Shown piece after piece: positions 13,501 to 27,656 of a DNA stretch of 64,000 nucleotides (position 1 is its first letter; each line of letters starts with the position of its first letter). The stretch is taken from positions 24,005 through 88,004 of the forward strand of contig JAAOMT010000766.1 of NCBI GenBank assembly GCA_016748015.1, read 5' to 3'. Position numbers and translations under genes: made by a program. The notes below the pieces were generated by a model. It was not told the DNA's origin, did not search any database, and saw only the letters and a program-made list of their open reading frames with translations. The stretch is from Geosiphon pyriformis uo1 (lineage: Eukaryota > Fungi > Glomeromycota).

Positions 13501-16500
13501 AAAATACAGCTATCAGAAAGACAATTAAGAAGTGGATAGACAATTTCAGTTTGAACAAAAATAATATGATAAAAAATATTTTGGAGTAGTCTTTTTAAAA
13601 GATTGTTTTAAATCACTTGGTTATTAAAAATGAATTGGTTTTGAAGCCAGATAAAATTAAGCTTAAGGTAAATAAGATTATAATAAATTGGATAAGAAAA
13701 CATAAAATGTTGTCAGTATTTCCTACTGTGTGGTTTTGTTAATATGTGCTTTGAATTATGTTGGCAAAGATATTTTCTTTGATATAATAAGTGAGTAAAT
13801 TAATTCAGGTTATCAGTGACTTGTTTAATAACAAAGCTGCTAATTTGTCTAGTATATTAAATGAGCTGTAAAAATATTGTGGTAAAATAATGTTAAGATG
13901 TCTATTAGATCTGCTAAACTCTTGTTTATCTCTTGAAATGGTTTTTGTTCTTTAAAAGAAGACATAAGTCTTAATAATTTCCAAGTTATATGAATAAGAT
14001 GATGTCTTAACAAATATATGATCTATTGCTCTAATTGAAACAGCTAGGAAAATTATTTCAAAAATTTTGTTTAACCATATTTCATTTGCTTGTTTAGAAT
14101 ATGATGTCCTTTAAAGTGATAATTTTTTTGTCTTGAAAAGTACTTCAATTTAGTTTTCTGTATTTGCTATTGGCTAATAGTAAAAAATGTATTAAAAAAG
14201 GACCAGAAAGTTTGGTTTATTTTTTAAAATATGCAGAAGACATATAATTTAGTCAAATAACACCATTTAAAAGCTAGTTTGAGATGTATTAGAATGTATA
14301 AAATTTTTTGTCAATATATATATGAGCAGAGTCAACAGAGTAATAACTAATTTTGGTTTCTTAGATAGTTATAAAGTGCTAAATAATTTGGATCAAGATG
14401 AGATGTTTTTACCACTTTTGTGAAGAATTTTTTATGATTCTCTATTATGTAAAATTAAAAAGCAAGAACAATTATGTGATTACAGAATTAACTCAAACTT
14501 TGTGGCAAAAACAAACAAATTAGAAATTAGTAAGAATAGGTCTTTTTTTACAGTAAGTGCTTTTGTTGATAATATGATTTGAATGGAGAATAATTAGGCT
14601 TCAGCACAGCATATTTTAGACATTATTGGTGAGTTTTTCAAAATAAACAATATTTCTATTAACAATAATAAGACAGTTATTATTTCTATTAACCAGAAAA
14701 TTAAAGTGGTATCTTTATACATTTGTGATTAACCTATTTCTATAGCCAAACATAGTAAGCATTATAAGTATTTAGATATATATCTGTCAACAGAGAATAT
14801 GTCTAAACCAAGTCTTATTAAAGTATAGTCTGATGTTAAATTTTTTTTGAATTTGGTTTTTAGAAAAATTTTGTTAAATAAACAGTTTTTATATCTGGTT
14901 TTGGCTATTTTACAGCTTATTATCAGTTATTAAACACAATTTAGCTTTATTTCTAAAATGATATGCCAAAGATAAAATGTTGTAATAAGAAGGAGACTAA
15001 GATTTAAAGCCAATTTTCTTAAGAATTTTTCCAATAAGGCTTTGCATTATTCATTTTTTTATAGTTTGAAAACATTCAAGCAATTATAGATTAAGAGTAA
15101 GATTGCTACACTTATAGTATTTTTTAATTTGTCTGGAATTTTTGAACAGTTGTTTGAACATTGCTTTTTAGACTTACAGATTTTGGAGTGGATTTTAATA
15201 AATTTTTTATAGCATTCTGTTAAATTAATTGTCAGTTTTATAAATAACTTTTTTGTTAGTATGATAAAAATTTTGAAGGATAATAGGTTCTCTTTGGCCA
15301 ATTGTTTATCTAGTGTATTTCATGGTTTTAGTTATTTTTCTATGTTAATAATTTTGGGGAATTTTTTTTATTTCAGCATGGTTTGCTTTCTAAAGCATTT
15401 TAGTATTGCCTTTAGGAACAGATTGTTAGATAAGTGTGGCTTATTAATAAAATAAAAGACTTTTCATTATTAAAAGAGACTAGATCCTAGAAGTCTAGTT
15501 TCATTATGGTTAATAAAAGCTTTGGTTTATTTAAATATTTATTATATTAATTTTAGTAGAATGGTTTTTGGTTCTGGAAGTTTGGATTTTCTGAGCTTAG
15601 ATGTCTTTTTAGATATTTAAAAATATTTGTATGAGTTGTGGGTAGATGTTTTTAATATTTATACAAATAACTTCTTAAGATAGTTGGGTATATTAGAAGC
15701 TATTAGAGAAGTGACAGCCTATTTTTCAGATGTTGAAATGAATATGGGTGTTAAGATTTATGGGTTGTTATTTTCTACATTAATTAAATTTCAAGCTGTT
15801 GTTTTGGCTTTAAAGTGTGTTTTTTTGGCCTGTTCTGTGGCTGTGCACTTGGACAATTAAACAGCATTAAATACATGTGTTGTAGAGCTTGTGCTTTGTT
15901 AGCCAAATTTTCATAATAAATGCTGGATAAAAAGATGTTATATTACAGATTTAGTAAAATTTAAGAATATTTTTGTTAAATAAATAAAGATCAAAAATTA
16001 TTTAGGAGTTGCTAATAATAAAAAAGCTAATGTTTTTGCATGTAAAGTGATGTATTCTGGTTTGTTTCTTCTTATAGAGATTTATAAAAAATTTATCATT
16101 ACTAATAATCAGATTGTATCAAGAAATGCTTGTTGTTTTGTTTGAAATATTTATTGGTCTATATGTTGTGTTTAATAAGAGACTGGTCTTGGTATTGGGT
16201 TTACAAATGAGTTGATAATTATAAACATTAATTGGATTAATACTACTGCAATATAGCATCCAGATTTGCATATGTTGGCTGAGTTTACAAACAAAGCTTC
16301 TGTCACTTTTTGCACTTATTTAATAAAAGCAGTTTATAGGAGACTGCTGATTGCTGTAAGAAAAAAATTTTATGACAAGAAGTATCTGAACATATTATGC
16401 CTGTCTTGTGGCAATATTAAACTGCCCAATCATGTTTTTACTTGTTTAAAGAAAGCTGATATACATGTTAATATTTTGTTGAGTTATATTGTATTATGGA

Positions 16501-16523
16501 AATCTTTAGTAAATAGTTACTAT
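10530..16523 (+). mobile_element. Degenerate non-LTR (LINE-like) retrotransposon, 5' portion: ORF1 plus ORF2 (APE-RT-RNase H-Zn finger)
   Basis: ORF1 ~10671-12494. ORF2 from ~12500 has decayed APE motifs (TYNVKN, IKTKL, SNNFNE, INYIF), RT motifs (KAANLS, IALIETARK, NMQKTYN, LDQDEMFLP, FVDN, KYLD), RNase H motifs (IYTNN, IKFQAV, HLDN) and C-terminal CLSCG...HVFTC. Cut by an LTR at 16524. Confidence 0.85.
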
Positions 16524-17460
16524 TGTTATAGGTAATTATTTGGGATCTGAAAACAAATAACAAATCCATAACTTGGTGCTTAATAAGTAATATGGTTGGT
16601 AATATCCAAAAGTTTTTGTAATCTAAAGGTTTTATATCTGAAAGTTTTGGTGAAGTTTTTTGTATAATGAACAGAGATTCACTAGTTGTGTTAGTAGTCT
16701 CTCAAAATTACAATTCCATTGAATTTTTTTTTTAGCATAATGACTGATTTATTTTAGTAGTCATGCTCTTCTGGTAAGCTTATTCATAAATTTTTTAAAC
16801 TCTATACCCTTTCTTTAGAATCTTTTACTAAACTATCTTTAACATCAGTTATTTAATGCTTAATCTTTTTTTTATTCAGTTAGTAAATTAACAAATAACA
16901 AAAATATAAAAAAATATAAAAAAATATAAAAAAAAATAAACAAAATTAAAGAAAAAAATAAAATAAAATAAAAATTAGTCTTTTGTCAATAGCCATAATT
17001 AAGAGCTATTAATCTAGTATAGTTAAGTATTGGCAATTATCAATATGAATTTTTGATAACAAAAAGATAGATTGTGATAATAATAAATATTTTTATTGAT
17101 ATTTGATGTTTCTATTTCAAGTTATAGAATATTATCATATAAAGAAATAAATATGGAATTAAAATTAAAGGTTCTAAACTAAGAATTCTGTCTTTTCTGT
17201 TTCTAATACTATTGTTATATATACATAAATTTTATTTTACAAAATTCCTTAAATTCCTTAATTTTTTAATCAAAAATTTTGGAATTCCTTAAAAAGAATT
17301 CTGAAATTCTGAGATTTTGCAATTCCTCATACAGAAATTTTATAATTCTGAAATCCTGCAATTTTTTTAAGAGGAATTCTAAAATTTCATTTTTACTATG
17401 TCTTATTCTGATTGATTAACTGATGTACTAATATATAATTTTTATATTCTATAAGTAATA
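16524..17460 (-). repeat. 3' LTR of element A
   Basis: TGTTA...TAATA termini matching the family LTR; purine tract adjacent on the minus strand at ~17461-17476. Confidence 0.85.
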
Positions 17461-19761
17461 TTATTCTCTCTTTTTTAATATTAAGTTCTGTTGAAATCTC
17501 CTATATTTCCTAACTTTTTATCTTTAATTAACTCTTGAACTTTTTTTTCAAGAATTATTTAGGTTATTTTAATCTGTAATTTTTCAAATTAGGCATTGGT
17601 AATTTTACCCAATTGGTTGATGGTAACTGTATTTATTGCTAAATTAAGTAATATTGTTGGTCAATCTTGAAATCCTGCATATAGTCAATATATGGCTTAT
17701 GTCTGTGTAAACAGATTGTTCTTTCTTACAAATTGTTCAAGTTGTTATAGTATTGTTGTATTGAATAACTATTTTGTTTTATCAATGTACAAGTTTTAAA
17801 TATTCAGGTTTTGTTCCAAGTAATAATAACAAAAATTTCTTAGAAATTGTTGTATTCACTAATTCCAAGTTTTTTTCATTAATTCTTAATATAGTACAGC
17901 TGTTTCTGGTATTTCTATTAACAATTTTACTTTTGCCATTATCTTGTTTATAGTGTTTTTCAGTTTTTTATGTATCTTGTATTGGGGTTTTTTTTTATTA
18001 TCTTTGTACTGAATGATTTGTTGGTTGATTGTGATTTTCATGTTTTGTTGTTAAATTAGTTAGAATAGTTGTTATGTAAATGAGTAGATGTCATTGGTAA
18101 TTTTCATCTTTTATTATTGCTTTTGTTGCATATACTATGTTTTTATATATTTTTCTGTTTGTTCAATTTGATGTGTTTGTATTAATGATTATGATTGGTT
18201 CTAGATCTTGTAAAATCTCATCTGGTTGAACTAGTATTTATTGTACTCCCAGTTGTGGAATATTATTGGTAAATAATAATGCTGTATTGTAATATGGTTT
18301 TAGTTAATTTTCATGTACTGCTTTAGCTAAGATTTTGTTGTTTTATCTTAGCTTATAAGCTTCATTTCCTAGAATTTCTTTAATATAGAATGATTCATCC
18401 CATTTGGCATTGAATTTTTCACTCCATTGTTTTTTTGCTTTGGTATGATATAAGAGTACTTTGTCTTTAATCTTGAATTTAACTGGTTTGTCTGATAATT
18501 GGTTATCATGTTATTTTTTTTGTTTTTTTTGTGATTTTTGAATGTTTTTCAACATTTTTATTAGTTTATATGTTCTTTTTAACAGTGTTTTTTAGAAATT
18601 GGTTTCTGTTATTAGTTCTATTAGATATGTATTGATGTTTATCTTAACTGGTAATGTTACTGTTCTACTATAAACAAGTTTAAATGATATTGTTTGTGTG
18701 ATATTCTGCTTTATTGTTCAATAAGTAAATAGTACTAATAATATAAATGAATTCCATTTGTTCTGGTTTTTTTGGCTGATTTTTGCTATTATTTTACACA
18801 ATGTTTTGTTGAATCTTTCCACTAACCTATTTGTTTATGAATAATATAATAATAATAATAGTTTTTTGATTCTAAATCTTTGACTTAATTCTGTTAATAT
18901 TCTGTTTACAAAATAAGTTTTTTAATCTGATAATAATTTTTTCAGACATCCATAACAACAAATCAAATTTTAGTGAATAAATTTGACTACAGATTCTGCA
19001 TCTGCTCTTTGTATTGCTTTTATTTTTGGCCATTTTGTGAGATAGTTCATGGCTACTGCTATATAATAATTTTTTCTGCTAGTTATTATTAATAATCCAA
19101 CTAAGTTAATTCTAATTTGATCAAATAATTGTTCTACTTTAATTGGTTTTAGTAGTTTACTGGGTCTTGTTCTTTCTTTTTTTTAACAAGCATCACAATT
19201 TTGAACATATTAAATAATGTCTAAATACATTAATGGCCAATAGTATCTTTTTCTGGTTCTTTCCATGATTGTTTTTTTATAAAAATGTCCTGCTGTTGAA
19301 TCTGAATACATATTGAATAGTTTTGTTTTTTTTTCTGGTTTTGTAATGATTCTGAGTGGGTAATCTAAATATTTTTTGTTCTTTTGGTATAATATATCTT
19401 GGTAAATAATAAAATATTTTAATTGTTGTTTTATGTTGTTTTGTTTTTTTTGAGATGATTTTTCCTTAAACTATTGAATATTAATATAATGCTAGAGTTA
19501 TTGATATTTTTGTGTATTTATTTTTTGTTATATTTTTGGGTTAAAATGTTCTTAGTTTTGTTTCATTTGTAACAAACTGTCAGCATTTCTATTTTTTTTT
19601 TCTTTTTTATAATATACTGTATAATTAAATAACAATAGTTTTATTTTTTATTTTGCATAGCAGTTATCTCCAGATTTTTGCTCTTAAATTGATGTCAATT
19701 CTTTGTAATTAGTGTATACATCAAATTTTTAACTCAAATATTTTTTCTATTTGATAACAGT

Positions 19762-20536
19762 TGTTACTGGTAATTATTTGGAATCTCAAATCAAATAATA
19801 AAACCTGTAACTTGGTGCTCAGAAGTTATTTGTAATGATAGTGTTGGTAATCTGAAGGTTTGGGTTAAGTTCTTTGTATAATAGACAGAGATTAGTAGTT
19901 GTTTTAGTAGCCTTCCAGAATCACAATTCCATCAAATTTTTTTCTCAGCATAGTGGCCAATAATCCTCCTGGTAAGCTATCCTCAAATCTATAAGTGTTC
20001 TACCCTTGTTTCATGGGTTTTTTACCAGTTCCTATGATGTCTATAACTTAGCGCTTTAATCTTTAATCAATTAGTTAACCAAAAAGAAATACAAAAAAAA
20101 TAAAAGAAAATAAAAGAAGATAAAGAATTTAAACAAAAGCAATTGCAAGTTAGTATCCTGTCAATAGCCATAATCAAGAGCTATTGTTCCAGTGTAGTTA
20201 AGTATTAATTATTATCAACATGAAGTGTTGATAGTAAAGAATGAATTGAAGATAAAAAATAATTATTTATTAATTTTTGTGAATAGAAGATTGCTTAGAT
20301 CAAATCTAAATTAAGAGGTCTTTAATTGAAAGATTCTGTTTTTTCTATTTCTAGCACTACTGTTATATATACATAATTGAAATTCCTTAATTCCTCAATT
20401 CTTCCCATTAGAAATCCTGAAATTTCTGAAATCCTGCAATTTCTTTGAGAGGAATTTTGGAATTCCACATTTACTGTGCCTACTTCTGATTGGCTAATTT
20501 ATATGCTAATATACTTTCTATATTCTATAAGTAACA
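19762..20536 (-). repeat. 3' LTR of element B
   Basis: TGTTAC...GTAACA termini; highly similar to 39734-40604; PPT adjacent. Confidence 0.9.
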
Positions 20537-20554
20537 TTATTCTTTTCTTTTTAA

Positions 20555-21210
20555 TATTGAGCTCTATCATATTTTCTAACTTTAATTTTCCATCTTTGAG
20601 TATTTTTTGAACTTTTTTTTTCAAGTATTATTTGGGTTATCTTGTTCTGTAACTTTTTGAATTGGGCATTGATTATTTTTCCCATCTGATTAATAGTGAT
20701 GGTGTTCATTACTGGATTAAGTAAGATTTCTGGTTGGTCTTAAAATCCAGCATGCAATTGATAGATGGCTCTTGCTTGTGTTGTTAGATTGTTTTTTCCC
20801 ATAAATTTCTTAAGTTGTTGTAGTATTGTTGTATTGAAGATTCGTTTTGTTTTATCTGTATATAAGTTTTGAATATTCAAGTGTTGTTCCAAGTGGAAAT
20901 AATAAAAGTTTCTTGAAAATTCATGTATCCACCACATCCAAGTTTTTTTAGTCACTTTTTGATATGTGGTAACACTTGTTGGCTCCTTTATTGCCAATTT
21001 TACTTTTAGAATTATTTTATTAACAGTGTTTTCTGTTTTTTTTTGTACTTTGTATTGAGGTATTTTTCTGGTATCTCTATATCTAATAGTTTGTTAATTG
21101 ATAATAATTTCCATATTTCATTGTTAGATTAATTGAAAGAGTTGTTGTGCTAGTGAATAAATATTGTCAGTAATTTACATTTTTTTAATGTCTTTTGTCA
21201 TGTCTATCAT
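20555..21210 (-). pseudogene. ORF3 (unknown protein) of element B
   Basis: Includes ORF 20740..20997 (TWMWWIHEFSRNFYYFHL...ARAIYQLHAGF); homologous to ORF3 of A, D and E. Confidence 0.7.
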
Positions 21211-21234
21211 GTCTTTTTATATTCTTTTATTTGT

Positions 21235-22618
21235 TCAATTTGACGTGTTTGATTCAATAATTATTATTGGTTTCAGATTTTGTGAAATCTCATCTGGTTG
21301 GATTAATATTTGTTGTACTCCTAATTGTAAAATATTACTAATAGATAATAATACTATATGGTAATATGGTTTCAGTCAATCACCATGTGCTGCTTTGGTT
21401 AAGATTTTGTTGTTTAACCTCAATTTATAAGCTTTATTTCCAAGAATTTCTTCTATGTGAAATGGTCTGTTCTATTTGGGGTCAAATTTTCCACTTCATT
21501 GTTTTTTCACTTTAGTATAGTGTAGAAGTACTTTGTCTCCAATTTTGAATTCAACTGGTTTCTCTGATAGTTGGTTATCATGTCTTTTTTTTTGTTTTTT
21601 TTGTGACTTCTGGATGTTATCAGCTGTTTTTCACTGTGTGTTTTCTAGTGTCTCCATTAAGTCATATGTTCTTCTTAACCGTATTCTTTGAAAATTCTCT
21701 TCTGTTATTGGTTCTGTTAGGTATGTCTTGACTTCTATCTCAACTGGTAATGTTGCTGTTCTACCATATACTAATTTAAATAGTGTTGCTTGTATAGTGT
21801 CTTGCTTTATTGTCTAATAGGCAAATAATACTGATGGTATAATTAAATCTTATTCATCTTGGTTTTCTTGGCTGATTTTGGCAATGGCTTTACATAGTGT
21901 TCTGTTAAATTTTTTCACTAGCTCATTTGTTTGTGAATAGTATGGTGATGATAATGGTCTTTTAATCCCAAATCTTTGACTCAATTCTGTCAGTGTTTTA
22001 TTTACAAAATAAGTTTTTTGATCTGATAGTAGTTCTTTTGAACATCTATGTTGACAGATTAAGTCTTAATGGACAAATTCGGCAATGGATTCTGCATCTG
22101 CTCTTTGAATGGCTTTTGCTTTTGGCCATTTTGTGAGATAATTCATGGCTACTGCAATATATCTGTTGTCTCTGCTGATGATTGTTAATGATCTAACTAA
22201 GTCAATTCCAATACAATCAAATGGTTGTCCCACTTTTGATTGGTCTTAATAGTTCACTGGGTTTTGTTTTACCTCTTCTTTAATAAGCATCATAATTTTG
22301 AACATATTAAATAATGTCCAGATATATTGATGGCTAATAGTATTTTTTTCTAATTCTTTTTATAGTTGCTTCTTTGTAAAAATGTTCTGTTGTTGAGTCT
22401 GAGTGCATGTTGAATAATATTGTCTTTTTTTCTAGTTTTGTGATTACTCTAATTGGTTGATCTGGGTTTCTTTTGTTCTTCTGGTAAAGTATATTTTGAT
22501 GGTTGATAAAATATTCTGATTGCTGTTTTATGTTGTTTTGTTCTTTTCGAAATAATTTTTCCTTGAACAATTGGATATTTATATAATGTTGAAGTTGTTG
22601 GTATTTTTGTATATTCAT
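21235..22618 (-). pseudogene. Integrase ORF of element B
   Basis: Starts MNIQKYQQLQHYI; HHCC remnant (MHSD..EHF), DDE core, GPF-type C-terminal motif; ends AAT TGA. Confidence 0.85.
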
Positions 22619-22648
22619 GTTTTGTTATATTTTTGGGTTGAAATGTTT

Positions 22649-25600
22649 TTAGATTTGTTTCATTTGCAACAATCTATTAGCATTTTTGTTTTTTTTTCCC
22701 TTTTTGTAATGAATTGTATAATTAAATAGTGAAAGTTCTATTTTTTATCTGACATGGCAATTGTTTCCAAATTCTTGTTTCTGAATTGAAGTCAATCCTT
22801 TGTGATTAGTGTACACATCAAACTTTTGACTCAAGTATTCTTTCCATTTGATAACAGCCCAATAGATAGCTAAGTGTTCCAGTGCTGGAGTTCTATAGTT
22901 CTTTTCTGCTGAACTTAAGCTTCTACTGGCATAAGCTACTGGATGTTTTCTTCCATCTGGTTCTTTCTGGGATAATACTGCTCCCAATGCTTGACTAGAT
23001 GTGTCAGTTGTAATTATAAATGGCTTGCTATGATCTGGATAGATTAGTACTGGAGCTTGAATAAGCTTTTTTCTTAATGTATCAAAAGCTTCTTGTTAAG
23101 TTTCTGTCCATTCATATTTAGTGTTCTTTGTTTGGAGTTGGTGTAGTAATTGAGCTATTTTGGAAAATTTTTTGATAAAGTGATGGTAGTATCCAGCAAA
23201 TTCCAAGAATGTTCTCAATTCTGTGAGATTATTTGGTACTAGAAAGTTCTTAACAATTTCAATTTTGTCTGAATCTGTTTTAATTCTGTTTTTGCTTATT
23301 ACATGTTCCAAAAACTTGAGTTCAGTTTTTCCAAAGAAACATTTGGTTGTATTTAGCTTTAATCCGACTCTTCTTAATCTTTCAAACACTTGTTGGAGAT
23401 GATGCAAATGATCATCAAATGTTTTTGAGAACACATTGGTGTTATCCAAGTATATGACTACTGATTTCCATAGTAGTCCAGTATAAACAATTTCCATTAG
23501 CTGTTGAAATGTGACTGGTGCATTCATCAATTCAAATGGCATGACTTCAAACTCAAAATTTCTCTTTTTTGTGGTAAATGCCATTTTTTCTTTGTCAGTT
23601 GAATCCATAGTTACTTGTCAATAACTACTATCTAAATTTAATGTTAAGAACCATTTATTTCTACTGAAAGCATCAAATAATTCCTGAATTTATGGAGTTG
23701 GATAACTATTATCACGAGTAACACTGTTAAGTTTTCTATAATCTACACAAAAGTGGATCTTCTTATTTTTCTTTCAAACTAGTACTACTGATAATGACCA
23801 TGGACTTATTGATGGCTGAATTAGCCCATTGTCAAGCATTTGATTAATTTCTTGACAAATAATTTCATGGCTGGCTGGTGGTATTCTGTATGCCCTTTGT
23901 TTAATTGGCATTGCATTTCCAGTCTTGATCTGGTGCTGAATAATATTGGTACAGCCGAATTTATTTTTGCTAGCAAAGATGTCATTGAAATTTCTAAGTA
24001 ACATCTTTAGTTGTATCTGTTGGAGTGGGTTTAGATTCCTCATGTTCATCTGTTTCAATTGTTTCAGTTGGAGCAGATAACATTTATTTTGTCTGTAAAT
24101 GATTTGTGATGTAATGTCTACATATCCACAAAGCTGTGGAAAATTTAAAATGTAGTTTGGTGGTTGATCCTCAACTTTAATGGTTAAATATCCAATAATA
24201 GTTCCTTTTGGTATCTCAATGACATTTCTGGTTGTGTTATAGATAGAAATTTTAATGTTTTTAGGGCTTTTGATTGATATGTAAAGATTAGTAAGTCTAA
24301 TTTCTTCTGATTCACAAATGGTGGCTTCTGCTTCAAACAATTGAGCTTGATTCTTTACTTTTTTTTTTATGGCTAACATATATTGGTCATATGGTGGAAT
24401 GGAAATTGGTTGATGGGTGGAAATAATTTCTCCCTTGTTAATAATTTTTTCCTCTGCCATATTAACTGGTACATCTATTCTACTCATGGATCCAAAACTC
24501 TATATCCCTTTAGCAGTAATCCTTAATTTTTCTCTGTTTCTCATTGACACTAACTGAGCTATTTTCACTAGAAGTAAGAATATTGTCTGTGCTATCTTTT
24601 TGTTTGAATTTATAATATATGTCTTTTCTGAGTTATTTTGTAGCATAGTAATAATATTTCCTATATATCCTGCATCAATTATTCCTTCCCTGATGTTGAT
24701 TTCCTTTTTGGCTAAGCTACTTCTAAATGTTAATTGCACCATTGTTGTTGCTGGAATTTTCAATGCTATTTTGAGATCAATACAAGTGTGCAAATGTGGT
24801 TCCAATTTGATGGCAACTTTTCCCAGATATTTCAGATCAAATCCTGCATTAGTATCATGTGTGTGTTTGAGCATAATACCTTTATTATTATTGCTGAACC
24901 ATCTGAGTTTTTGCTCCTTGGAGAGATTAAGAAGCATGATGTATGTTTCAGAATTTGAATTGAAGTTCAAATTATTGTTATTTTCATTGCTATATTAAGT
25001 GGAGCTGGAACTGTTGTTTTCATTATTATTATTGTCAGAGTTTGGATCAGGATCAAAATCTGGTTTTGATTCTGATGTGCAGCTGCTAATTGGTTTTTTC
25101 TCTTCTGAAATCATGTAGATTATGCATATTAGTGGATTGTAAATGAGATCACACTTATTACAATATTGAAAGTCATATAGAATCAAACAGTAGTCACATA
25201 ATTGAGTGTTGATTTTTTCTAAATATTGCTCCTGCTCTTCTTTTGTAGGTGCTAGCTCTTAGTAATGTTCATAGAATTGTTCTGGGTCCAAGAGATTTAT
25301 GACTGGTTCTAAATCCCAGTTGAGTTTTATGGGTTTTGGTGGGTTATTTTTGATCATCTTTATTTCTTCTGGTAATGCTTCTTCAATTTTGGCAAGAGCT
25401 ATTTGCCAAATTTTGTTGTCATTGTGTGGACAACTGTTTAAGCATTTGACTGTTTATCTCTAGGCAGCATCTATGAGCATTCTTTTTCTTATCCAGTCAC
25501 TTATAAAAATTGTGTACTGACATAATTTATCACATGTTCCTCCTCTCCCAGGAATATTGTTCCATATTTCTTTATTGAGGAGAGTTTCTCCACAAGCTAA

Positions 25601-26782
25601 GCATGGCTTATTATTCTATTTTCCTACTTGTTTTGGTCTTTCAAAGCATTCAACAAGGCATGGACAACAGTAAAACTTGGTTGCCATTTGGTATTCCTTA
25701 TTATTGCCATAGCATGTGCCTATTGACAACAATTTCTTGCTACAATTGATGCACTCTAGTTTTGGTCAACAATAATTAGACAATTGTTGTTGAGTATATG
25801 AACAGTGAGTGGTAGTTGGTGTTGGATTTTTTTCCTTTTTTTTCCCTTTTTTTTCATGATTGTTTTCTTTTTACTCCCAAGTTGTTAGTTCATTTTGATT
25901 GTTGTTGGTTTTCCAAACTTGGTCAGCATTCCAGATAAGTTCTTCCTTTTGTTTTTTTTTTCTATTGTCATTTTAAGAGAGTATTGGTGGTAGTTTGTTG
26001 TGGTTTTCATCAGCCCAGGACACTTGATAAGCTTTCCAAGTAAGTTTCTCTTTTTTTTTCTCGAATTTAATAAGTAGGGCTAATGGTATGATAAGGAGTT
26101 TGAAGTATCTATACATGGCAGATACCTGTGTGTGTTGGCCATTCTGGCTAAGCTGTAGTTCTTGTATGTTTCAATCAAGCATGGCATTTGTTTTGACTAG
26201 TTAGTCATTACCAACTAGTGTTTGGTATTGTGTAGCCTCCATTACTAAAACTTTGATTGGAGTAATAATACTATTTACTTTAAAGAGAAAATTATCAATC
26301 TTGCCAATAGGAGTCTTGGTTACTCTATCAGTTATTATTATTCTGGTACTGGCAGTGCAATCAATTCGGCAACCTAATTGGTTTATGAATTGTTATGTGA
26401 TAATGCTGCCTGCTGATCTACTATTAAGAATGAGTTTAATAGTATGCCTATCTACTTTGGTGTCAGTATACATGGTAGTAATTGGTTTTTTCTTGAGTGC
26501 AACTTCACTGAACAAAGAAGTTGATGACAGTTCTTCAATTTCAAAGGAAAATATAGCTGCAAGTAATTCATCTTTTATAATGGTGGCTGGTGGTATATTG
26601 CTGATAAGTGATTTCTGGTTTGTCTCCAAGTTGTTGGATAAAGCATCTTCTGGAGTAACCAAGAGACTTAAATAGTTCTGAGAACTTGGGTTTTGAGTAT
26701 ATTTGGTTCCTGAACTCTGCTGTTATGATCCTGACAACTGGTTGGATGAACTGGGAATCAGTTGGTGAACAACCATTGCTAA
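22649..26782 (-). pseudogene. PR-Cys-rich-dUTPase-RT-RNase H region of element B
   Basis: ORF fragments PVAYASRSL (RH), MPFELMNAP/YLDN (RT), DTNAGFDL/GIIDAGYIGNI (dUTPase), KLILNSRSAGSII (PR). Confidence 0.88.
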
Positions 26783-27656
26783 TATTACAGATGATTATTT
26801 GGGGTCTTAAATCAAATAACAAATCCGTAACTTGGTGCTCAATATCTTAATAATGCTGATAAGACTGGTACATTGGTTGTATCTGAAGGTTTTAGAGTTG
26901 AGTTCTTTGTATAATAGACAAAGATTTAATAACAACATAGTTGGTGAATTGTTTTCCCAATTTCTGTCTTCAACGTGGTGGCTGGTTTATTCTGGCAGTC
27001 GTGTTTTTCTGGTAAGCTATTTGTTAATATATATATTCTACTCTTATCTTTGGGTTTTTTACCAGACTATCCATGATGTCAATAATTCAGTGCTTTAATT
27101 CTCAATCAATTAGTACACAATAATAAGATCACAACAAGAAAGAAAATAAAAATAAAGAAAAAGATAAAGAAATAAGCAAAAGCAATTGCAAGTTAGTATC
27201 TCATTAATAGTTATGATCAAGAGTTATTGTACCAGTGTTTTTAAGTATCAATTGCTATCAACATGAAGTGTTAATAGTGAAGAGTGGATTGAGATAGTGA
27301 ATAATTATTTATTTAATATTTGTAAATAGAAAGTTGTTTAGATCAAATCTAAACTGAGAGGTTTCTAACTAAAGAATTCTGTCTTTTCTACTTCTAGTAC
27401 TACTGTTATATATACATAATTGAGATTTCTCAATTCCTCAATTTTTCACACCAGGAATCCTGGAATTCCTGGAATCCTGTAATTCTTTTAAGAGGAATCC
27501 TGGAATTCTAGAATCCTGCAATTCCTTGTACAAGAATCTTGAAATTTCTGGAATTCTGCAATTCCTCTAAGAGGAATTCTGGAATTCCACATTTACTGTG
27601 CCTACTTCTGATTGGCTAATTTATGCTAATATCCTTCCTATATTCTATGAGTAACA
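26783..27656 (-). repeat. Solo LTR C inserted in element B
   Basis: Complete LTR with no internal sequence; flanks CTAA/TCAA derive from TSD CCAA (the uninterrupted site reads TTGCCAATCT at 36781). Confidence 0.85.
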